A DNA stretch of 63,021 bases, the filler included, from Octopus bimaculoides (lineage: Eukaryota), in NCBI RefSeq assembly GCF_001194135.2. It is 3 parts of 3 records of this genome, joined end to end, with 100 filler letters (N's around TTAATTAATTAA, not from the genome) between each part and the next. Parts side by side here need not be neighbours in the genome. Positions count along the whole stretch, not along the records: positions 29,053 to 60,396 come from NC_068999.1; positions 60,497 to 63,021 come from NC_069002.1; 1 more part is not named here. The stretch is one strand, 5' to 3'. The notes beneath the pieces were generated by a model, which made no database searches, was not told where the DNA came from, and saw only the letters and a list, made by a program, of their open reading frames with translations. Below, piece after piece: positions 51,290 through 63,021 of the stretch (position 1 is its first letter; each line of letters starts with the position of its first letter). The position numbers were made by a program, and so were the translations under genes.

Positions 51290-53150
51290 AGCTCTGTCAG
51301 TTAACTTGGTACATACCAGGACACTCAAGCTCACAGAACTGGGAATACTCCCGTTCTGCTGCCAGTTGCAGTAGAGTACTTCGAGAAAATCGGAGAACAA
51401 GTGTAGCATATTCACGTAAAACTCATACGGCAGACCATACAAATCGGTTGACTTGCGCCTCATGCAGCCGACAAGGGCATCCAGAATTCCGGCTGCAAGA
51501 AATCTGCTATTCTCAGCGCTCAGCATCTGTCGATGTAGCGACTGAAAACCGAAACCATTTCTAACCCGCCACTCCCCGCGAAAAACTGAGCAAATTCCTG
51601 GTGAACAGCCTCAGGCGTCTGCCTGGAATCGCTCATCGGGTGTCAGTTTCGGGTATCACACACCGAATTGTGGTTTTATTAGCACGTTACGCATCCGCTC
51701 CACAAGCCGATCAAACAGATATTCCTTCGTTTCTTAGGGGATGTGACTTAGGTCTGACAACGCAGCATTCATGTTCCACATTGAAGAAATGGTCTCATCG
51801 GTTGCAATGCGACTTCAAATAATCTCGTTTAACATAGCTAACTCCTCCGCCTCCCTTCTTATTGTTTTCTATCACTACATATTTACTAAACCCCATCGAT
51901 ATTGCTTTAATTTCTCTTCTGAGAGCTCACCACCTCCACCACCACCTGTTGTTGACAACCATTCCTGTCAACATTTGCCTAATTAAATTGCTGACCTTTG
52001 AAACTTACGTGCCGGAAACGACATGTTCAGCTTGCAGTAACCGGTCCGAACTTACGGATCTAATCTAGGTCGACCGTAAATATTACAAACTTTTGATCCG
52101 AATAGGTGACTGTTTTGAAACGTTGACATCCTACAGTATTACTGTCTATTTTCCTAGTGAAAATCCTGTCTATATACGATCTAGATGTCCGTATGCGCTT
52201 GGTCCAGGTCCACACTGGCGCATTAGGGAAATCTCGTTGGTAACAGTCAGAGAGTTGCAACTGGCCCATCAGGTGCTTCAGGTTTTGCACCCCTGCTTCT
52301 ATCAGCTACACTCAGACAATCTCAGCGTACGTTTAAGATGCCGTTCGAAGCAGCCACTAACAATAATGAGTGAGACTTACCCCGGTAGGGGCGTAGACGG
52401 CCACCAGTCTAACGACACGAACGTCGCTATTGCTCACGTCTAGAACCACCAGCTTACCTTCCGGGTCGCTGAAGATCGACCTTACCTCGAAATCCAGGTT
52501 TTTAATAAACAGCACTGCCACCCCACCTCCTATTATTCCCGGCCGACTAACAGATGCAAAGTTCTGATAGTCGTTGAAATTGGCGACTACTGCGCGTGTG
52601 TTGACAATCCTGGTCTCACTAAGAGCAATTACGTCTAATTCTAAGGACCTGAGTTCGCTGAGCAGACGCTACTTCTAAGGTTACACCAAACCTCGAACAT
52701 TTAAACTTCCAACTGTTAATACGGCTATGCTGACAAGCTAGGAAGAGGGAGGAAAGGTTTTATTACCTCCCGGTGTATTATGGAGGTCGGGTTTTTCGAC
52801 TTGCATAATTGGTGCGGGCTCTTTTGAGAACCTTTTTAAAAGCTTCGATTAGGTCCTATTTTGGCTGCTGCGAAAGTGTTCTTGTTGTTGTTGGTAAAAT
52901 CGGTATCATTGCTGTTGTTGTGTCCGTTTTCTTGCTGTTCTTATTCTTGTTGCTACTGGTACTCTTGTTGTAGTGGTACACTTGTTCTGTTGTTAACACC
53001 ACCACTACCATTGCTGCCTTCAGTTTCTCCTCCATCACCGCCACCTATGCTGCTGTCACGATGGTAGTCACACCATCAGAAGATAACACGACGAAAAGGA
53101 TTTATCAATCATGGAGACAACAAAAAGGTTTCTCAATGTCAACTTCCGGT
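51290..53150 (-). mobile_element. Tx1/L1-like LINE fragment: ORF1 C-terminus, ORF2 AP-endonuclease and tether, ending before the RT core
   Basis: From about 52720: GSLNVRGL, LDVIALSETR, RLVAVYAPTG, VWTWT, SYIDRIF, YSDQK (SDH), GPGYCKLN and LYGLPYEFY...LFSDFLEVLYCNWQQNGSIP. Several stops and frameshifts. Confidence 0.88.
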
Positions 53151-53899
53151 ATTAAAGTAAAAACGGCGAAGTCTGTCATTGTCTAATTTTAATGTTTGCA
53201 TTTCAAGTTTTAATTCGTTATTTGTAAACTACTATGATAAATTACTAAAATATTTACTAAGTTCAAGAATTTTAATATTCAGTACAAGATAGTGTTTAAT
53301 GTGCTTTTATTTATAGTATTTCATTCCATCTCATTCATTATTTGCAATGTTCTCTCTTTCCCTCCTCTCTCTCTCACTCTCTCGCTCTCTCTCACACACG
53401 CTCACACATACACACACACTACATGTTTGGTTACTTTATTACACAGATATCACGTTAAAATTTTGCAATTCAACATGGGGCGTCCAAAATATATGGGCAT
53501 TATCTTGCTTGAACTCGCACACTTCGTTAATTTCCATAAAATTTAATTATTTTCTTTTTCACGCCGTTTTCAACTCTATCTTTTTGTAGTCAGTGACACA
53601 CGCACCCGTACGTTTTTGTATGAATGTTTGTATATTTTTATGAATGTGTACATGTGTGTGTGAGTGAGTGAAGAGGTGTGTTGTCATGTATACGTACATA
53701 CATAAATACATATGCATTCATTGTATTTGTTTGTACATGTGTCTGTGTAGGAGAGAGAGCGAGTGATTTCTACGAGGTGCTCTCTTTCGCTCTCTCTCTC
53801 TCTCTCTCTCTCTCTTACACACACATACACACATACATACAAGAAAGATGTATGCCTATTTATTTATGTATATACATATACATGACAACACACACTTCA

Positions 53900-53953
<54 letters not shown>

Positions 53954-54007
53954 GACATACACACACACATCCATTTCATCTGATATTTGATTCTGTATAT
54001 ATATGTA

Positions 54008-54008
<1 letters not shown>

Positions 54009-54088
<80 letters not shown>
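54009..54088. repeat. (TG)n microsatellite abutting the Helitron remnant
   Basis: Directly visible. Confidence 0.95.
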
Positions 54089-54093
<5 letters not shown>

Positions 54094-54099
54094 CGGAGT

Positions 54100-55370
54100 T
54101 CCACTAGCGCCAGAAAAAAGCAGAAGAATTTTCATTCTTGATGCTCCTCGTGGTACTGGAAAAACATTTGTAACATAGCTACTCTCCAAGGTAAGGCAAC
54201 AAGAACGATTTGCAGTTGTCGTACCATTGTCTGGCTTTGCTGCCACCATTCTCCCAGGAGGACGAATACCACATTTTAAATTACCACTAAACCTGGTGAC
54301 AAATGACAGTCCAATTTGTAACATAAGCAACATTCTTGTTCAGCAGAATTGTTTTGCCAATGCCACCTTATCATTTGGGATAAATGCACCATGTCAGAGA
54401 GAGGTGCAATGGAACCTCTTGGTAAGATCTTACAGGACATCATATGCAACAATAAATCTATGGAAGGAGTTACATTAGTTTTATCGGGAGACTTAAGACA
54501 GACTTTACCAGCGATTCTGAGATGAACAAGATCTGATGAAATAAAGCATGCATTAAGGTTTAACACCTATGGAATAAAGTACCGAAATTCTCCTTCAATA
54601 CTAACGTGCGAGCTTCATTACCTGGGAACCAATGGGCAAAATTAAGAAATGAGAAAATTACCATTTGATGGGAATGGCGGTATCAGTTTCGCTCATATTG
54701 CTATCACGATGAATTCCTCAGCAGGATTGAAGGACAAGGTATTGCCAGACTTAAATAATACTTATAATTCACATAAATGGTTGTGTGAAAGGATAATTCT
54801 TACTCCAACACATGAGACAGTAGCAAGGATTAACCATGAATTAATGAATAAGATTCCAACAGTCATTAAGAAGTACAATTCAGTTGAGTCAGTCCTTGAA
54901 AATCAAGCTGTTCATTACCTAACAGAGTTCCTTAATTCTCTTGAGCCACAGGGAAGTGTTCCACAAAAAGTTTTTCTGGAGGTAGGAGTCCCAATAATGC
55001 TTCTAAGAAATTTAGATCTTCCTAAATTTTCGAATGAGACAAGGTTGATTGTGAAGACATTATCACCTAATGTGACAGAAACTACCATCATTAGTGGATG
55101 TGCTTCTGGGGAAGAGGATTTGATTCCAAGAATTCCAATAAAACCAAAAGACATGCTCTCTGAGTTCAAACAAACACAATTCCCAGTGTGACTTTGCTTT
55201 GCAATGTCTATTGATAAAGCTCAAGGTCAGTTTTTGAAATCTACTGGCTTGCTTTTCTCAGGGTCAACCTCATGTTGGTTACTCCAAGGTCGGTATTTTG
55301 CAAGACTTGGTTTTCTATGCTCCAAACCAGAAAGCAAAATATGTTGTTTACCCAGAAGCTCTTACATAAT
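54100..55370 (+). pseudogene. Helitron PIF1-like helicase remnant with frameshifts and stops
   Basis: FILDAPRGTGKTF (Walker A), SGFAATILPGGR, LSGDLRQTLP, CERIILTPT, FLNSLEPQG, IMLLRNLD.PKFSNETRLIVK, LIPRIPI, QFPV*LCFAMSIDKAQGQ and VYPEAL. Confidence 0.9.
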
Positions 55371-56254
55371 TTCCTTCAGCATATGTGATAGAATTTAATC
55401 TCCGTTTATAAAAGTGGTAAATTTTGTATTTTCGTCTATTATTATTATTAAAGGGATGTCAGAAACATCTACATAAGATCCCAGGTGAACCATATTCTCA
55501 GAGAAATTCAAAAGACTGTGCTGACGAATACCGCCCTATCCTAAGAAGAACCCTATCTATTTAAATGTCTGTGTTGTATTACATGAAGATAGTTCATTAC
55601 CTTCTCTCCTCAAGCTGTCAGTGATATTGAAACATCTCTCATCCTGCACTCGCCTCAAGACACTGGGTGTGTCGCGGGAAGAGGATGATCGTCGCTGAAA
55701 TAATACTGCATTTAAAATAGACATCCTGGTCATTGCGGCAAACTAAGGCCAAAGAAATACTACGGTAAGCTACAAGACTTCTGCAACATATTCTTTTTAG
55801 GTATATAAGAAAACACATGATGTTCCAATATCTGTGGCAATTTAAATTCCACTATACATGCACATATGCCTAAGTATGTTATTATACACAGATCTAGGTG
55901 TACATAATTATAAGTAGGTGCATTTCTCTTCATATATCGTTATAGATATATGCATGCGTACATGAAATTAACAGTAACAAAATATATTTTGAGACAGCAG
56001 TAGTGTTAAAGCGTAGAATAAGTAGTTAATACCAGTTAAATAGCAAACAGTTTTAAGGTTTCCAAATCCTTCTCTTAGCTCTCTCAAAATAAGCAGGATT
56101 AATACTGCCTAGTATATTGCCACTAATTTTCATGACATGGAGATTATTGTTAATTGCTGCAATTTGTTGGTGTGTTCCTCTCCTTTTCTTACTAAGCACA
56201 CACGCGCATGCGTATACACACTTACATATATACATGTGCGTATGTATTACATAT

Positions 56255-56288
<34 letters not shown>

Positions 56289-58519
56289 CTCTAATAATAT
56301 ATTGAAATGGAAACCTACACCCAAAAACGAAACCATGCGCAGAAAGATGTATATGAAATATATACGTACCCACATATAGCAATGTGTGTGTGTGTGTGTG
56401 TGTGCGTGTGTGTGTGTGTTTGTATGTGTGTGTGTGTGTAGTTGTGTGTGTATACATATATATATATATATATATATATTTATATGCATATATGCATGCA
56501 TACGTACGTACATACATACATACATACATACATAGATACATACATACATACATACATACATACACATACTTTTAATACCGATCTTGCTTTGATATTTTTC
56601 TTTAGTCAAACATTTTGCACGATAAAAAAAAAAAACATCAATTTTATTTCCTTGGAGACGTAAAAGTCACATCCGGATATATTTTATTCATGCAACACAA
56701 ATCCGTGATTGTTTTACTTGCAGTGTTTTCTAATTACGTTTATTAATAGTCTTCTACGGGGAGCGGCGCGTTATTTATCTCTTAATATTGTGGTCACTGT
56801 CTTATTCTGCTGAAATTCATCGAAGTCGTTACTTCTGTGAACTGATTACCCATTTATCTAGGACAAAGAAATTGAACTCTTATTAGCTTTATAGAAGTAA
56901 GTGCTCCTCATTTTAATCCTAACTTCATTTATTTTCCACATATTAACGCTAATTTTATTTTAGCAGACCGTTGTTCAAAATAATCGGAAACAGTAAAAGG
57001 ACTGTGTAAGAAAATAGATGCATAAATCTTTATCGCATACAATACAGCTTACACCTCATCGAATATCAGTGTTAATGAGATATGACTATGTCCCTAAGAT
57101 AGGCGAAAGTGTCCTAAAACCAATAAACTTTGCGCTGCCGGAGGTTCTTCTATAAAAAAAAAAAAATGTAGAGTACAATAATTGAAATATTGTACTCACA
57201 ATGGATAGTCGATTAATTTCCAGGGACGGAATATAGTTTGCGGTAAAACAACTGGTTAATAATACTTATCATAATTGATATCCCGTTTATTCAATATTGC
57301 ATGTACCATAATTATTTCACAATTTATATAACGGAAGAATTATTGACAAAGGAATCAAGCTGAGGATAAGTACGATATACTACAGTAATATTTTTAAGTA
57401 AATGAAAATACTATATTTTTCCGACATCAAACGGCTCATACGCAATACAGATTGTGGACCATGATATGGAAAAAACTATATAATCAGATCATATCTAATT
57501 TTCGGTCAAATTATCAGATATTTCACCTGATATGTTAAATGTTCCGTAAAATTAGGCCGTTGTTTAAAGATGCATGTTATGTCTCAAGCTACTGCTATCT
57601 AGCACCTTCGCATGAACTCTACTCGACTGCTACTCAACACTCCTAGCACGGCCAGACTACCTCTACTTATATGTCTTGGGAGATCCTACTTCTTCGCCTG
57701 GGGGCATTTATTCGAAAATGTAATATAAAAAGATTAATAACTGGGTGTGATTGTCATGACCTTTCGAAATATTACCAACAATAGAGTTTTAAAGTGATTA
57801 CCAAATAACTGCGTAACATATTCCTACCTCATTGATAGCTGTCATGAATTATTAGACGAATTTAAAGAGTTAAATATAGTGAAATAAATTTAATGGAAGA
57901 AGCTCAATAAGTACTAAGCTCGCTTACTTAATTTTCTGCAATAGTTCCTGATTTACTCAAAATATAAATTTTTCCAGCATTCCCAAAAGACGATAAAAAA
58001 AGATAGAATTCATTTAACTATGACAACGGCATGAATATTCAACGTACGAAGAGCTATTACTTTCATACTTAACAAATTTTCTTCCAGTGTTTCAGTAAGA
58101 TGATATTATTCAATAACCTAATATGACACAGGTGATATATGATAATGTACACGATGGTCCTTAATTAGATGTAAATAACGAATTTACCGACAAGCTGATC
58201 ATGGTTATGATGTATTTGTCATTTTCTTCTTTAGAATTTACTTAATATATATCTAGATATTTCATCTATGAATACATGTGTGCTTATAAACCATACGTAT
58301 GCAATTGAGTGTGTATATACGGTGGTATACATACACACACAAACACACACACACACACACACNNNNNNNNNNTATATATATATATATAAATGTATGTCCA
58401 TCTAGCTTTCTATTCTCAACACATATCTCTTTATCAACAAAGTTACTGTTCCCCACTCTTAACTAGTTATCCATTTATCTCCCCACCTATTTATCCATCT
58501 ACCAATCTAACTCACCGTC

Positions 58520-58742
58520 TATCTGTCTGTCTGTCTATCTGTCTGTCTAACTGTCTGTCTGTCTATCTATCTGTCTATTTTATCTGTCTATCTGTCTGTT
58601 TGTCTATCTATCTATCTGCCTATTTATCTATTTATCTGTCTATCTATCTGTCTGTCTATTTATCTATCTATCCATCTATCTATCTATCTATCTATCTACC
58701 TACCTACCTACCTACCTACCTATCTACTTATTTATCTACCTC
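58520..58742. repeat. (TCTG)/(TCTA)/(CCTA) tetranucleotide array
   Basis: Directly visible. Confidence 0.9.
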
Positions 58743-59266
58743 CTAGGGATCTACATGGCTATCTATCTACGTTCATATCAATTATCAGTTTACAGTTCTG
58801 CCTATCTGGCTGTGTAATCCTCCATCCGCTACTCCCTGCATAAACTACACTAATGCACATTAATACTTAGCTATAATATGTAACCTTATGAAGTCTACGC
58901 TTTACATAATTCATAAATGTGTTTAATTTGCTAACAACGACAATTATACATTAACGGCAGCCATCGATTATAGCATAATTTTCAGAAACGTACAATTTAT
59001 TATACATATATTATACATACATATATTATACATACATATATATATATTATACATACATACATACAAACGTACGTACGTACATATACTGAGAAACGGTTGA
59101 AAATGATCAAAATGTTTATATGCAAATATATTTTCGTGTAATTAATATTATAACATTTTGAAAACGGTGAAAATGAATTTATTCTTATGTATTTATATAT
59201 ATGAAAATAAGATTACAAAAATACGTTTTCACAGAATGTTTTTGTATTATAGTTTAATATACATGA

Positions 59267-59306
<40 letters not shown>

Positions 59307-60171
59307 NNNNNNNNNNGTGTGTGTGTGTGTGTGAGTGTGTGTGTGTGTGTGTGTGAGGGTGTGTGTGTGAGAGACAGAGAGGTTGGACATAAACAAGCTT
59401 GAGCTTTTTATGCAAAATGTAGATACATTTATATACACATGCAAATATATATAGAGGGTTATGTATAGAGAGAACCACAAACTAAAACTATTCAAGAGAT
59501 GAACTCTCCTTTCATAAGTATTTACATCTTTATATATTAACAAAATAAATTAATTCAGACGAAGTGGAAAAGAATTAGAATACAGAAAACTAAGGGAAGA
59601 AGGCATGGTATTTTAAGTATAACAGCCGTTTGTTGGTGCTCGGACAAAAGTAATAGTTGTAGTGTTCATAATTTGCAGACTGAATGTGCAAAAATACGAG
59701 TAGAGGATGCGTATAGAATGATCGGTGAATAGTTATTAACAGATACCTATATTTACACATAATTCTGTACATTAGTATATGTATATGCATATATATATAT
59801 ACTTGTAAATGTGTTTGCACGCGCGCGTTGTGCGTGTTCTGTGTGTGTGTGTGTGTTTGTGTGTGTATGTGTGTGAGTGTGTGCAGAACGATTTATATAC
59901 GTTCTGGCGTTGAGTATTTCAATTACCTCTATTAAATTCGTATTGAATTTGCATGCAAATAGTGTAGAATTAGCGTCACATCATACGTACCCACATTACA
60001 TTCACTATCAATCAAACAGATTTCTCTCATTGTTAATGCTTACCAAGTTTCTTGTATGATGTATGGGCCGATCCCGTGTTAGTGAAGGGCACACTTCTTC
60101 TAGAAACGAAAGTATGAAATCACTGTCTTACCGAGTGTGTGTGTGTCTTCGTGTGTTTGTGTGTGTCTGTG

Positions 60172-60210
<39 letters not shown>

Positions 60211-60396
60211 TTGGGTGTTTGGCTGTGCTGGTCTGTATCTGTATGTCTATCACTTTCTCCCCTCCTCCTCTCTCTCTCTCTATATATATATATATGTGCA
60301 TAAATATACAGAGATATATACATGCATGTGCTAGACTGTATCTGTATATCTATCAATTTCTGCCCTCCATCCCCCTCTCTCTCTCTCTGTCTACAT

Positions 60397-60496
60397 NNNN
60401 NNNNNNNNNNNNNNNNNNNNNNNNNNNNNNNNNNNNNNNNTTAATTAATTAANNNNNNNNNNNNNNNNNNNNNNNNNNNNNNNNNNNNNNNNNNNN
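60397..60496. other. Synthetic assembly spacer: 44 N + TTAATTAATTAA + 44 N
   Basis: Same 100-bp layout as 28953-29052. Confidence 0.95.
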
Positions 60497-61174
60497 TTAA
60501 AAGTACTTTTAACATTAACAGCGTCTGAACACTATAACTAGCTGGAGGGTTTATAATAGTAATTCTATGCAAATTTTCATTAAAAGCTATATAGTCTTCA
60601 TTCATTCAAAATCTTTTACTACTTTCGTATTTTTTTCTCGTTTCAACCAATTTAGAGGTTGCTCTATTTTCTACATCTCTCTTTTCACATGACACTGATT
60701 CAGACGGCAGCCATAAGCAACAGAAATTACTATTTCTATATACACCTTCAAAGACGGTTGTGGAGGCAGAACCACATCCAACTTCATTCCTTTATCATTC
60801 ATTTTCACTTTTCTGTTTCAAAATGATTTAGTTAGCATTTCATTGAATTTCTTTAAAAAATTGGCCATAAACCTGGTATTTTCATCAATATCTTATGAAA
60901 ACCAAAGTGGGATTACAGCATCACATACGAAAAATTTCATATGGCTGAAATGTCTATGAGCTGTCACTCCAGCCTTGACCACCTCGTTTTTTAGGTAACG
61001 TCTAAGATTACATTATTCCACGACTACTCAAGGCGATAGTGTTATACACACTCGTACATTTCATGTGTATATAAATATATCTATTATACACACACGTGCA
61101 CACACAAACACAGACAGACAGACACAAACACACACACACCTACACGCGCACCCACACCCACACATATAAATGTA

Positions 61175-61800
61175 CAAGGGTGGGCTGAAAAATTCATAGG
61201 CTGACTATCAAAGAGTGACACTAGAGATGTGAAATCTTGTATGGATTAATTTCAGCTCTGCTTATTAATGACTGCATTGTTTATTTCCAGGTAACCTGAC
61301 ATCGAATTGTTCAAAGGAGACTTCAAATGTAACTTGTAGCAAGTTTTCTTGAAAATGGACAAAACTTGGCATCGTGGATGTTATCAAGTTTCTGCAGTAA
61401 AAGAGATTAGCCCACCCCCTCCAACAGCATTCATGCTGACATGGCTGCTACATTAGGGGATGACACACCAGCTTTATCAGCAGTGCAAAAGTTGGGTAAC
61501 TGAATTTAGGAAGCGAATGGAGAGTCTTGAAGATGACCCGAGGTCTGGAGGTCCTGCAACTACCACACCACCGACGAAAATATTGATCGTGTTCAACACA
61601 CGCTGATGGCCGACAGGCGATTGACTAAAAATCAAATAGTCAATACTATTAGCATATAACGTGAGAGAGTTGAGAGTATTCTGCACAATGAACTTGGTCA
61701 GATGAAAGTTTTCGCTTGGTGGCTGCCTTGTCTTCTGACATCTGATCAAAGGCGCATCAGGCTGAGGGCATCACGGGAAAATCTGACATTGTTTCTTTAG
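61175..61800 (+). mobile_element. Mariner element 5' part (TIR plus transposase N-terminus), degenerate
   Basis: TA-CAAGGGTGGGCTGAAAAATTCATAGGCTGAC TIR. ATG at 61355: MDK...IHADMAATLGDD...EFR...SLEDDPRSGGP...ENIDRV...DRRLT...ILHNELG.MKV.AWWLP.LLT.DQ (WVPR motif). Confidence 0.85.
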
Positions 61801-61816
61801 TTTCTTTGAACGTTTC

Positions 61817-61858
<42 letters not shown>

Positions 61859-62474
61859 ACACACACATATGTACTATCCGTCAAAATAACTATTGATTTA
61901 ATTAGAAGTCTCCATAAACTTATGTAAATGTTTAGCTGTTAAAAAAATGTCTTTTTGTTCGTTTCTATATTTTANNNNNNNNNNNNNNNNNNNNNNNNNN
62001 NNNNNNNNNNNNNNNNNNNNNNNNNNNNNNNNNNNNNNNNNNNNNNNNNNNNNNNNNNNNNNNNNNNNNNNNNNNNNNNNNNNNNNNNNNNNNNNNNNNN
62101 NNNNNNNNNNNNNNNNNNNNNNNNNNNNNNNNNNNNNNNNNNNNNNNNNNNNNNNNNNNNNATATTCAACAGTTCTTGTATTCTGTGATTGGTTTCAATC
62201 ACTGAATTCTGGCCATGCCGAGGTACCGTCCTCATCCGAATCTATAGTCGAGTATACTGAATTCACTGTATGCTGATGATCAAAACGGTAAACTGACCTG
62301 ACTAAATACCGTGCTGCAATGGAAAGATAGAAGAATCCTCTACGGTACCCCCACGCCAACCAGAGGGCCGCACAGAGAGAATGAAATTTAAAATTTCATT
62401 TCTATTTTATGAACTGTCGCAGCCTGCTGGCTGTTTTTTGTATTATATAGGTGCATTCATTTCTTTTTTTTTTT

Positions 62475-62615
62475 TTTACATGTTTCAGCCTGTGGCCATG
62501 CTGAAGCACCGCATTGAAGAATTCTAGTCGAACAAATCGAGCCCAACAATTATTTTTGTTAAGCCTGATACTTATTCTTTCGGGCTCTTTCGCCAAATCG
62601 CTTTGGTGGGGAACA
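62475..62615 (-). mobile_element. SINE family B 3' half
   Basis: TGTTTCAGCCTGTGGCCATGCTGAAGCACCGC...TAGTCGAACAAATCGA...TACTTATTCTTTCGG. Confidence 0.78.
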
Positions 62616-62821
62616 ATTAACAATTACCATTTTTTGTGGTCAGTACTGTATTAGAATGGTATAATCGGAGATTCGTATTCCACATTGACATGTTGTGCTT
62701 CAGGAAATTTGAAATTACATGAGAAATTTTGAAGATATCCAGCGATTTCAAGATCCATGAATACGTAATGCTCTCAAAGGCCTTTTCATAATAAATCCAT
62801 GCAGAACTGAGATTTCTGCGC

Positions 62822-62906
<85 letters not shown>

Positions 62907-63021
62907 CATTATTATTATTATTATTATCATCATCATCATGATCATCATTATTATTATTATCATTATCATTATTATTATAATCATTAATAATATTGAATTA
63001 TTATTATTATTATTATTATTA
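62822..63021. repeat. (TTA)n/(TCA)n compound microsatellite
   Basis: Directly visible. Confidence 0.95.

Overview
AT-rich eukaryotic non-coding DNA, very dense in microsatellites. The repeat content (two abundant tRNA-derived SINE families, compound TA/CA/AAT/ATCT tracts) points to a coleoid cephalopod, most likely Octopus; this is inference, not a database result. I found no host protein-coding exon, rRNA, intact tRNA or CRISPR array. Almost all ORFs in the supplied track are microsatellite or N-gap artefacts. The window is a transposon graveyard: Tx1/L1-like LINE fragments (endonuclease, RT, C-terminal), RLE-type (R4/Dong-like) LINE fragments, RTE-like remnants, Penelope pieces (GIY-YIG, RT N-terminus, hammerhead-like ends), a Helitron PIF1 helicase pseudogene, several IS630-Tc1-mariner remnants and more than 20 SINE copies. 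The most unusual structures are two near-perfect foldback hairpins about 1 kb apart (5363-5530 and 6508-6807), closely spaced inverted SINE pairs (possible dsRNA/ADAR substrates) and one SINE head-plus-core carrying alternative 3' tails. Two synthetic 100-bp spacers (44 N + TTAATTAATTAA + 44 N) show the window is three joined assembly pieces. I cannot demonstrate a new biological system here; the hairpins are the best candidates for follow-up. Protein and SINE family assignments come from my manual translation and recalled motifs, and fragment boundaries are approximate.
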